NCBI RefSeq assembly: GCF_002571385.2
Contig: NW_019217940.1
Location: forward strand, 283,432 to 347,431
Source: Stylophora pistillata
Lineage: Eukaryota
DNA: 64,000 nt
Reading direction: 5' to 3'
The translations under genes and the position numbers were made by a program. Positions 12,807 to 22,609 of this stretch are shown here, piece by piece; position 1 is the first letter of the stretch, and each line of letters begins with the position of its first letter. The notes below the pieces were generated by a model, which worked only from the letters and a program-made list of their open reading frames with translations, made no database searches and was not told the DNA's origin.

Positions 12807-14619
12807 ATTCTGTTAGCTTAAATCATTTAAAATTTTTTCATGTTTTGTATAGGACAGTCTTCTAATCACTCTTTCCAAACTCAACATATCATTTGAGTTG
12901 TGATTACTTGCTATATGCATAAGACAGTCAACTATTTTCCCTAACCTTTTTCAGTTTAGGCACTTATAACTAAAGCTCTTGAATTACAATTCCTGGTATG
13001 GTATTCTATAGCTTGGCCAAAATCAATGTTTAATGAAATCTTCATTGCAGTGAACACCCTGTAACAATGAACAGAGCGATTAAGCTTGGGTTGAAAACTT
13101 GTTTAGGTATATAGCAAGAAAGGTCATAGATGTTTAAATATTGTATATCAATATCTTAAAATGTTTATTTTTCCCAACTGTCAGTAAAAATTAATGGGTT
13201 GATACCATTTTTCAAATTGATGGAACACCAAGTACATGACTGACTTTTCCTTCCTTATCAATAATGATCTTGATGCCAAGACATTTGTGATCTGTTTGAC
13301 TAGATACAGAGTTTCTCCCACTATTAATTCCTTGTTCACTACTCTCTTCTTGAATAAACAACACTGACAAACAAAATAAAAACTGGTTGACATCCAATGC
13401 CTTCTAGCACAGTGTTATCCATGAACTCAACAGTAACCCCACTGCTTACCTCATAACTGCACTCTTTACCTTTGGGTGATGAGCAGAAGAATGCAAGCTT
13501 ATAAGGAGATAAAGAGTGGTCATGTCATAAACATTACCCAAAAGCTTCACTACTTCTTGCCAGCATGAATATTTTACCGATCTAACCTCTATAACAATAA
13601 TTAGGAGTGTGTGGTATTGGCATAGGCCCATCCTTATTCAGGAGTGCATAGGAATGAGCCACTGGTGGTAATGTTATTAAATTATTTTTAATTCCTGTGT
13701 CAAGGATTAATTCAAGGCTGTCCATATACATATACATGTGGTAATGTTACTCCTGTTGAAATCTAGGTGTACATCTGTTTTCAAGGGAAGCAGTTGTACG
13801 TGTTTTTTTTAATAAGGGTTAAAAGATGGGTTGAACCTGTAGCAAATATTACATCATAAATTTATTTTACCAAGCACTGTTTTTAAGGTTGACCGATCAA
13901 AAGAAACTATTTCGTGTACAAGTTGTAATTAATTATAGTTTGGTTTGAAATTAGCCATCAACACACTGAAGATGTTAACATAATAGTTTGTAATTTCTAG
14001 ATTTTTGCACCCATTAGTGGAAATTAAAAGATTTTAAATGAATTCTGTTTTGCACAGGTGATAATCAGTTGCACACTCAGTATTTATGTAACTAATTTCT
14101 TCCAAAGATGTCTGTAATAAAAGCATCTGAATTTGTTGACTTTAACCAACAGCTGCATCATTTGATGTAGTTTTGTAAATTTTGAAAGCTTCTCTCCAAT
14201 AAAGTGGCAGGAATTTGGATAAGTTAAACTACAAAATAGGAAAGTATCAAGTGGGATGTTAATGTTTTAAATAATTTGAGTTGTACGTGTACTTAATTTA
14301 TTCTAAGTCTGTTTTACTAGCCAAAACTACATGCCTGTGATGCCAAAATGAACCCTAAAATTTGCTAGACAAATATTGAGAAGAGTTTCCAGAAAATTAA
14401 TATTTTACTCATCAAGCTCTGAGATTTAAATATCACACATTATTATTATCAAGCCAGCAGTAACTAATTCCTTAGCCTACCACGTGTTCCATCATTTTAT
14501 CAAATACTAAGATGCTGAGAAAGGATGTTGCAAATAAAACAAAGTCTGATTACCGAAACTCTCTAACTTCTAGGAGTCACTAGCATTTAATTTTTCCTTT
14601 AATATCACCCATGATTTAA

Positions 14620-15002
14620 ATGCTACGGTCATGACAATGAAAGACATGTATGCCCTGTTCTTATGGAATGCTCAGCCAGCTGAATTACGTGATATACAAT
14701 CATTTTCAATTTTTAAATGAAAGCTGAAAACTTATTTATTTCGTGCAGCTTTCTCAAAGTACCCTGTCTGACAATTACTTTTATTAGTATTACTAATTAA
14801 GTTCCTTATGAAGATCTTTATTCCTAATTAAGATCCTTATTATGGTTATTCCATATTATTCTTATTTTTAACATACATTGTTAATATTGATGTACATGTA
14901 ATTAGTTTTATAAATTTGAATTTACTGTAGTATTCTAAGTTGTTACGCGCTGTTGATCATTGAATGAAAATAGCGCTCTAGAAGTTATTAAATTAAATTA
15001 AA
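14620..15002 (+). mobile_element. Decayed 3' end of an L2/CR1-group LINE
   Basis: From 14661 it translates LWNAQPAELRDIQSFSIFK*KLKTYLFRAAF, a typical L2/CR1-group ORF2 C-terminus, followed by an AT-rich 3' UTR and a (TTAAA)n tail near 14990-15002. Confidence 0.7.
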
Positions 15003-15081
15003 CTAGTGAATCCCTTCACTGAACAATAGAAAATATGCAGAGTTCCATATGGAGATTATACATACTGATGGTTTATGATTA

Positions 15082-15260
15082 TTTAACACTAGCATCAGAT
15101 TGCAAATTCTCCATATTGTTCTTTTTATGTGTGCTAAGGTATTAGCAAGAAGAATTCACTAAATAATCAAGAGCTTCTTGACATAGCAGTCATTTCCTTT
15201 ATACTTGTGATACCGTTGGGAGAAACTAAAGGCTAATCACTCTTAGCGGTTAAAGGGTGA
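15082..15260. mobile_element. Degenerate MITE-like repeat (TTAACCCTTT/AAAGGGTTAA-ended family)
   Basis: Ends atcactcttagcggttaaagggtgaa; related copies at 31776-31947, ~35640-35788 and ~40300-40480. Confidence 0.5.
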
Positions 15261-15913
15261 ATGCACTGATCCACAAGACCAGTCGTGGTACCTTGTTAAA
15301 ATGATGGACGTATTTAACTAAAGCAAATTGCTAGATCAAAAGGCTTCCAATCAAACCCTACTATAATTAAGTTGCCTGATTGTCTTACTACAAAACAAAA
15401 TTAGATCCACCAAGATGAGGGGGAGGGGGGGGGGGGAAGTGGGTAAGCCAGAAGTGGAACGGGATATCATTAAGAAGTCAAGACTCGAGATAAAACTTGA
15501 GCAATTAAGTGAAAATGAAGACCACTTTAACATGGAAATTAGGAGCTAGAGGCTCCACCACCAAGAACTTCTAAATTTGTTCCAAAGGTCGCCTTTTGGA
15601 TTGGCAAACTTTGTGCACATTAGGTATCTCTCAACTGTTTATGACCAAAAAAAGCTAAATTTTTTGCACAGTGTCCTCAACAAAAGGCTTTTGTGTCCTA
15701 ATTTAGGCAAGGAAAATTTTTTTCTTAGTTGAACAGTTTGGCATCCTTGACGTGTCCCCTCTAGCCATCACTACCAAACACCTCCTACCTGGTTCACATG
15801 GCGTAAGAACGGACCCACAGATAAGATATCAGCTAACTACACTTCCTACATAACAACTATTTTATTGCCTTAAATTGCATTAGAGAAAACTTAAGCAAGG
15901 AATCTATCATTGT

Positions 15914-16630
15914 TCAAGTCCTTTTCAAAAGACTAGCCGCAGCATCATCAACAAACCAGTGCAGTTCACCATTGGCTGGCTTCACTCTTGCCGCTGGGAG
16001 CAGCTCTCCGCTGTCGCCCTCTAACACTTGCTGAAGAACACTGGCCTTGCCAGCTCCTGTACTCACAAACACTACGCATTTGGCCGCATTTATGATTGGA
16101 TAGGTTAGTGTGATCCGACAGGGAGGCGGCTTAGGTGAATCAGAAATCGGTGCTACAAGACGAGATGTTTCTTCCAGCAAAGTATGGGCAGGGAAGAGAG
16201 AACAGGTGTGTCCATCTGGCCCCATTCCCAACAGAAGCATGTCGAGGGAAGGGATTTGATCGCTAGAGTACCAGCTCTTTAGACGAGATTCATAATCTTT
16301 CGCAGCCTCTTCCAATGCAATACCAGGATTGATGACTAGTACCTCTCCTACAGAAGCTTTATCTAAAAAATGCTGCTTTACTGCTTGATAATTGCTGTCG
16401 GGGTCTGATATTGGCACGTACCGCTCGTCGCAAAAGAATACTCGCCACTTGGAAAAGTCGATCTGTTGCGACAACAACCCTGGGGAAACGATCTTCGGGA
16501 GACTTCCTCCTGAAAATCCCACTGTAAAAAATCCATGGTCTTTGATAGCTTCTGATGACTTTTGGGCGACCAAGGAACAAACTTCGCGCCTCAAATCTGC
16601 TTCGTTTGCAAAGTAATGCTTCGCCGCCAT
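15914..16630 (-). CDS. PGLS: 6-phosphogluconolactonase, single coding exon (likely start MAAKH at 16630; alternative in-frame ATG at 16651)
   Basis: Diagnostic motifs: FTVGFSGGSLP, FFCDERYVP..DSNY, DMLLLGMGPDGHTCSLFP, DSPKPPPCRITLTYP, LPAARV, WFVDDAAA. Confidence 0.96.
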   Translation of the reverse strand: MAAKHYFANEADLRREVCSLVAQKSSEAIKDHGFFTVGFSGGSLPKIVSPGLLSQQIDFSKWRVFFCDERYVPISDPDSNYQAVKQHFLDKASVGEVLVINPGIALEEAAKDYESRLKSWYSSDQIPSLDMLLLGMGPDGHTCSLFPAHTLLEETSRLVAPISDSPKPPPCRITLTYPIINAAKCVVFVSTGAGKASVLQQVLEGDSGELLPAARVKPANGELHWFVDDAAASLLKRT

Positions 16631-17250
16631 GTTGGAAAGGAACTGGAACATGACAGTCAGGGGAGGGGTGGAGTCAAGAGTTACGCTTGACTGTCACGCC
16701 ATGAATGCTTTTCTGAGTGCGAGTGGACATTGAACGGGAAGAGGAAAAAATGAAAGAGACGAGTGTATTTAAATCATATAATTTTAACTAAGAATAAGTA
16801 AACTTTGACATGAAATACGTGTAACTGAAAAAGTGAGATATCTTTAGGTGATTCCGCTCTGCTCCAAATTTCTAGCAGTACGAACCCGACCAAGGACTCA
16901 AACAGATCTTTGGGGAAGAATTTCTTAAACTGTTGGTAGTCTGTTTTGCTCTCGAGTAAGGAAAAGAAGTGCCTTCTCGACACGAAGCGAAAATTTTGGA
17001 AGAAAATGGATTGGGATCATGGACGAGACATGGAAAAGAAAGGGCGTGTCTCTGGTGCGTCACCATCCAGCCCCCTCTCAGGGCTAAGCTAAAGGGGCAC
17101 TGAGGAGCCCACACCCTTTGTAAGATTTTTTCTTATTTAAATCAGCATCATACAGGCGCGCGAAAACGTACAAATCTTCACGACATTAATCTTTTCCGAT
17201 GTTAGACACTCCATTATCTCCACAAGAATTCAAGCCCACTGATGCACATT

Positions 17251-17545
17251 GTCAGGAGCCCATTACCCGGAGCTTCCATCTCAGTTGTACCCTTGAGTCA
17301 ACCCTGTCCCCTATCTTTTTAGTTTTAGAACTGAGATATTTGCGGGGGTTCTTTAACCTTTCCGCAATAATTTCGTGCGACCACCAAGTGACACAATAGA
17401 GACGACAGCTCTCCTATGATTGGCTATTATAAAAACACCCGCGAAAACCGTCGTGGGAGGTGCTTCTAAACTAGAAAGATACGGGACAGGGTTGGCTCAG
17501 AGGGTCAGTATGGAAGATGGAAGCTCCGGGTAATGGGCTCCTGAC
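17251..17545. mobile_element. ~295-bp MITE with 31-bp perfect (about 80-bp imperfect) TIRs and an apparent ATT target-site duplication
   Basis: gtcaggagcccattacccggagcttccatct at 17251 is the exact reverse complement of agatggaagctccgggtaatgggctcctgac ending at 17545; att flanks both sides. Confidence 0.85.
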
Positions 17546-18662
17546 ATTGTAGAGGAGAGGTGTAAGCAAGTTCATCTAAGGTGTTTAGAGAGTCGTAACT
17601 AAGACCCTCTCCCTCTTTTTTAGAGCCCTTACTTTCTTTCACGTCCTTACAAGCGTCTACTACTGGTAGTCTAAGAATTTCTCATACAAATTGACGCATG
17701 TTTGCGCCATATAAGTGAATGCCAACGGCTACCTTGTCTTCCCTGCCTTCTGTGTATGCATTATCCTTGATCTGCCAGACGCTTCAGTGATTTTTTTCCA
17801 TTACAATCATTACACGCACATCTTAATTGACTACCAATTGATTGTTTGCTTACAATTCTGGCGGAAGTTCGATGAACTTGGTTATTTTTGTTTGGGAGTA
17901 AATATGAGATGCTTTAGAAACCTTTTTACCTTGACATACTTTTCTATCAGAATCCTTCCTAATGGGTGGCCTTAGCGGCGACGGCTTGGCCATAGTGACT
18001 TACCAAATCCGTATAAATAGTTGCCATGTCTACTATGATGGAGGATCAGATTGGTGAGTAATCCCTGATTTTCAGGTGTTGGAAAGGTAGCCCTGAGATA
18101 AAAAGTCTTTTTAGGTAACTTGTCCCGTGTTTTACCAACTCGGCGAGAAAATTTGGAATTGAAAACCTCCACGCACGGTGGTAAGGTATAAATAGAGAAA
18201 CTAGTAAATGTGTCAGACCTCCGTGATAGTAGGCGTTCATTTTAAGCCTCTTCGTTTTCAATATCGGAACGTTCCTGGCAGTGATGGTAATGGTACTATG
18301 GTAACTTTACAACTAAAGAGTGAAAAGCGTGAAAATTTCACACTAGTTCTGCAATACTTTCTGCATATTCTGAAGACTATACTCGGGTAAACATCTTCAC
18401 TTCTAGTTTTGGTAAGTGATATTTAACATCTTTAAAAGCGCGTGTCTTTGATGGCCTTAGTTGTGAAGGATAAATTAATGTCTTCGAAACCGAGTCTAAT
18501 TCCTAAAGTTCTGTCATTGGTGCTCGCTGGGCAGAAAAGAGATCAAAACAATCAGTAGCTCCACTGAATCTGGAATATACGATTATTCCATTCAAATGTA
18601 ACATCAATTTGGTGCCGCAACTTAAGTCCGGTTCGCTCTTTACAAGCCGTAGTGTTGAAAAG

Positions 18663-18729
18663 CAACCTCGTTCCCAGGGCTTTTTCCGCCAAAATATTAA
18701 AAAAGGGAAAAGCCCTGGGAACGAGGTTG
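18663..18729. mobile_element. 67-bp hairpin MITE (TIR caacctcgttcccagggc) with a 9-bp TSD
   Basis: TIRs caacctcgttcccagggctttt / aaaagccctgggaacgaggttg; direct repeat gttgaaaag at 18654-18662 and 18730-18738. Confidence 0.85.
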
Positions 18730-18955
18730 GTTGAAAAGGAAAAGACAAGTTTAGCTCAATGCCTATTTCTTTGACGAAAAAAAATCTGATCCGCTTATTT
18801 GATATTTCAAAAACAACGTTTGACCCAGTGGCAGTATGTCTAGAAAGACTAAATATGATTTTTTTTTCTTGTATGTGAGCTGAAAGTGAATAATTTTGCT
18901 CTGCCTTTTTTTTTTACTCTTCTTTTTTTTAGAAAAAACCAGGAAAGATTTATTA

Positions 18956-18994
18956 CTCGACGTTTCGGGGTCATCGTGACTCCATTATCAAGAG
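18956..18994 (-). ncRNA. Mirror copy of the minimal hammerhead motif in the inverted arm
   Basis: Exact reverse complement of 20843-20881. Confidence 0.7.
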
Positions 18995-19056
18995 ACTAGT
19001 TTAAAAACATGCAAATAAGGAAAGGTACAAGAATAGCATAAATTAGACTGAACGGC

Positions 19057-19710
19057 TTAAATAAACACCTTGGCGCGGATGGAATCCGTTTGCACGTTCA
19101 GTGTTGGCTTACGCATGCGAATATACAACATTTCATTAACAAGGCAATCAAATTTGCCGTTACATTTCGTGATGACGTTGAATTGCTCGATCAAGCGTTC
19201 AGGCATTTCACTATTGTGCTGGAGGTGGTAGTGTTTGTAGATAGAAGATGATTTCCTTTTGTGCCCTTCTACGCGCTCGTGTAAGTGACCACGAGTATAG
19301 CCCACATACCCTGCATCACACAGGTTACATTTAAATTCATAAACGATACATTGTTGGTTAACAATAGGGGGCTTAATTTCGTGTTGCTTAAGCTGTTGAT
19401 CGAGCTTAGGGCTAACGAACACTGGTTGGACAGTCACGCTTAACTTCGAGCTTAGACTGTTCAGTTGTTGTTTAACATGATTAGCTGACGACTGGTCCTT
19501 GAAGGGTAACATTAATCTCACAGTCTCCGATGGTACGTCTGGTGATGGACAGGGTTCTGCAGATGAAATCCTTCTCTCAACGAACCGCTTGATTGTAGTT
19601 TCAACCAGTGGCTTTGGGTATTTCAAGTTATGAAAAACCCCTCTAAGGCGGTCACATTCCTCGGAGAAGAAAGACCAGTTAGAAGATAATCGATAAGCGC
19701 GATCCACCAT
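19057..19710 (-). pseudogene. Inverted partial copy of the Penelope ORF (RT thumb/linker + GIY-YIG endonuclease)
   Basis: The 217-aa translation is identical to the C-terminal 217 aa of the + strand ORF 19890..20780. Confidence 0.9.
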
Positions 19711-19862
19711 GGTGTTAACTAGGCTGCGCTTGTACTTAATGTCAACATGACTCTGGAAATGCAGAAGGAGACCCGTGTTGGTTCTTTTGATGTAGACCTT
19801 GCTCTCAATCTTTGGTGCACGGTTAAGCAGTTCAGTTCCTAGAAAGGGAGGAGGTACGTCGG

Positions 19863-20780
19863 AGGTACGTCGATGACACCCTGACCGTAATGCCTGATAG
19901 GGTGACCGCTGGCCAGTTTCTAGACACCCTTAACTCTACCCATCCCTCCCTCCAGTTTACCATGGAAGTCGAACGGGAAGGATCCCTTCCCTTTCTAGGA
20001 ACTGAACTGCTTAACCGTGCACCAAAGATTGAGAGCAAGGTCTACATCAAAAGAACCAACACGGGTCTCCTTCTGCATTTCCAGAGTCATGTTGACATTA
20101 AGTACAAGCGCAGCCTAGTTAACACCATGGTGGATCGCGCTTATCGATTATCTTCTAACTGGTCTTTCTTCTCCGAGGAATGTGACCGCCTTAGAGGGGT
20201 TTTTCATAACTTGAAATACCCAAAGCCACTGGTTGAAACTACAATCAAGCGGTTCGTTGAGAGAAGGATTTCATCTGCAGAACCCTGTCCATCACCAGAC
20301 GTACCATCGGAGACTGTGAGATTAATGTTACCCTTCAAGGACCAGTCGTCAGCTAATCATGTTAAACAACAACTGAACAGTCTAAGCTCGAAGTTAAGCG
20401 TGACTGTCCAACCAGTGTTCGTTAGCCCTAAGCTCGATCAACAGCTTAAGCAACACGAAATTAAGCCCCCTATTGTTAACCAACAATGTATCGTTTATGA
20501 ATTTAAATGTAACCTGTGTGATGCAGGGTATGTGGGCTATACTCGTGGTCACTTACACGAGCGCGTAGAAGGGCACAAAAGGAAATCATCTTCTATCTAC
20601 AAACACTACCACCTCCAGCACAATAGTGAAATGCCTGAACGCTTGATCGAGCAATTCAACGTCATCACGAAATGTAACGGCAAATTTGATTGCCTTGTTA
20701 ATGAAATGTTGTATATTCGCATGCGTAAGCCAACACTGAACGTGCAAACGGATTCCATCCGCGCCAAGGTGTTTATTTAA
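19863..20780 (+). CDS. Penelope-like element ORF, 5'-truncated (RT from YVDD onward + GIY-YIG endonuclease)
   Basis: Open frame from agg tac gtc gat gac (R-Y-V-D-D) to the stop at 20780, with a CCHH-type GIY-YIG domain. RT motifs upstream of YVDD are missing, so it is non-autonomous. Confidence 0.85.
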   Translation, partial: RYVDDTLTVMPDRVTAGQFLDTLNSTHPSLQFTMEVEREGSLPFLGTELLNRAPKIESKVYIKRTNTGLLLHFQSHVDIKYKRSLVNTMVDRAYRLSSNWSFFSEECDRLRGVFHNLKYPKPLVETTIKRFVERRISSAEPCPSPDVPSETVRLMLPFKDQSSANHVKQQLNSLSSKLSVTVQPVFVSPKLDQQLKQHEIKPPIVNQQCIVYEFKCNLCDAGYVGYTRGHLHERVEGHKRKSSSIYKHYHLQHNSEMPERLIEQFNVITKCNGKFDCLVNEMLYIRMRKPTLNVQTDSIRAKVFI

Positions 20781-20842
20781 GCCGTTCAGTCTAATTTATG
20801 CTATTCTTGTACCTTTCCTTATTTGCATGTTTTTAAACTAGT

Positions 20843-20881
20843 CTCTTGATAATGGAGTCACGATGACCCCGAAACGTCGAG
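20843..20881 (+). ncRNA. Minimal type I hammerhead ribozyme motif (U3-A8 core variant) in the Penelope 3' UTR
   Basis: ctc-UUGAUAA-u-[ggagtca cga tgacccc stem II]-GAAA-cGUC-gag; palindromic ACGU stem III; predicted cleavage after C20878. Confidence 0.7.
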
Positions 20882-21406
20882 TAATAAATCTTTCCTGGTT
20901 TTTTCTATGCCTTTGCTTTAGCAAATCCCTGCTGATCAAGTGTTCTTTTTTTTAATGTCTTTTTTCTTGCGCGTCCAAATTTTTTTTCTTATTTTTGTTT
21001 ACCATGTTCACCTTACGAAAAATCGTTTAGTGATACAGCATTATGTTCTCGTAAAATGAAGCTGTAGACTTGAGAAAAAATATCACGCTGAGATTGTCTC
21101 CTCTATCATACAACTAAGTCAAGCCACTAATAATTGCTCACCAGTCAATGACAAGAAAAAAAAAACACAATAATGCATCATATTAAACGTGTCAAGTGAG
21201 ATAATACAACAGTGCTTGTTGTTTTCATAAGTTTTCAAGTCCATTATCACTTTCGTATTTGTTTAGCTGAGCATCATATCTTTAGGCCGGGTTCTCATGA
21301 TTATTTACCAATCCTAACAACGTCGTAGACGGTCCAGTTCTCTCCAAAGCGCGGCTAACCGACTTGGGCAGGATGGGAGCGAGAAATGATGACTAGGGAG
21401 AAATCC

Positions 21407-21499
21407 CAACCTCGATCCCAGGGCCTTTTCCCTTAGCTGGGGATGGACCTATTCTCGCCCCACCCCTAACTATGGGAAAAGGCCCTGGGAAAGAGGTTG
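21407..21499. mobile_element. 93-bp hairpin MITE of the same family as 18663-18729, TSD ggagaaatcc
   Basis: TIRs caacctcgatcccagggccttttccc / gggaaaaggccctgggaaagaggttg; flanking direct repeat at 21397-21406 and 21500-21509. Confidence 0.8.
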
Positions 21500-22344
21500 G
21501 GAGAAATCCCCTTCTCCAGCCCCTTCTCCTCCTCTAAATAAGCTGCGCTTATTTGGAAGACGACTGGGGACGAGTCAGGGAAATGAGAGGGCAAATCAGG
21601 GTGTTGGTGGAAGTCACGTGCAAACGAGTACACTTCGTGATTCATGTTCACGAGTGATGTTTGAAAGTTTTTATAATAAATCGGGCCTTTTAAACATCAT
21701 CATAAGCTGACCATAAATCACAAACCGCACGAACACGTGAAATCAAATGATTTGTTTTGTTCTTTTTTTTTTTGTTTTTTTTTCACGAGTGACAAAATCG
21801 CTTCTATCACAAATTTGTAGGTAATTGGTGCACTTTACTCGAAACAATGACTTTCAAAACTTTGGAAAATCATCGTATTTTTCTTTGAGTTGGTCGTTTC
21901 GCGTAATATTTTCCACTGACACATCAAGTTTAATGATTTTCGTATTGTTCTAATGACATGTTAACTTTTACTTCTGAAACATAATTTTTCTTTAAAAGCT
22001 TAAATTTCTAGGGAGGAAAGCATGGAAATCTTGGACAGCACTTTGTAACCCATTTATGCATTCGAAGTTGACTAATGCAATCAAGAACGGGATATTTGGC
22101 TGAGTTTGTAAAGATCAGGTTCAAATTGCAAAAAAAATAAGGAACAAGACTTATTCGCCAGACGTGTGCATTTTTAATTATTTTCCCTTTTTCTCCGAGG
22201 TCATTTCATCGAGAAAAAAAAAGGTTTCTATACATGCAGTGCTTTAATTTGACTCACAGGTGGCTCAGGCCCATGGCAAGAGAACGTAGAACGTATGATG
22301 CACGATCCTCGCAGTAGAGAGCGCTATTTAGAACGTAGAACGTA

Positions 22345-22609
22345 GGTCGAGAAGGCGTGCTACTAGGATAAGGACGAATAAACCGTATAGGCCCAGTCTC
22401 CTGCAGGGCTAGGGGTAGGAGACGTTAATTTCCCACGCACGAGATTACTGTGTGGTGGATGTCCTCCCCTGGCGTGGGATGGGTGGGTGTTCACAGGGCC
22501 CCATTCAAACTAGCAATCTGTTAAACTGGGCTACCCTGTATGAATATTCGTAAATACATACATACATACAAACATACATCCATACATACATACATACATA
22601 CATACATAC
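22345..22609 (+). mobile_element. Probable SINE 3' portion ending in a (CATA)n tail
   Basis: GC-richer segment (ggataaggacgaataaaccgtataggccc...) ending in a (CATA)n microsatellite at 22555-22609. Family assignment is from resemblance only. Confidence 0.45.

Larger units (their letters stand above)
18932..20942 (+). mobile_element. 5'-truncated Penelope-like retroelement (RT + GIY-YIG endonuclease) with an inverted pseudo-LTR
   Basis: The sense copy begins at RT motif RYVDDTL (19863) and continues through FTMEVE..LPFL..VYIKRTNTG to GIY-YIG CIVYEFKCNLCDAGYVGYT..HERVEGH..KPTLN. 18930-19849 is the reverse complement of 19988-20907. TSD ttctttttttta at 18920-18931 and 20943-20954. Confidence 0.95.

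Noticed and set aside
16359-16616. Short ORFs overlapping PGLS (similar shadows overlap RBM12, FAM92 and the dsRBM exons)
   Set aside because: Alternative-frame or antisense shadows of real coding exons.
18930-20907. Interpretation as a DNA transposon with long TIRs, or as two independent GIY-YIG genes
   Set aside because: The arms are the retroelement's own 3' region (RT thumb + endonuclease + UTR), and the YVDD motif and asymmetric tail fit a Penelope inverted pseudo-LTR.
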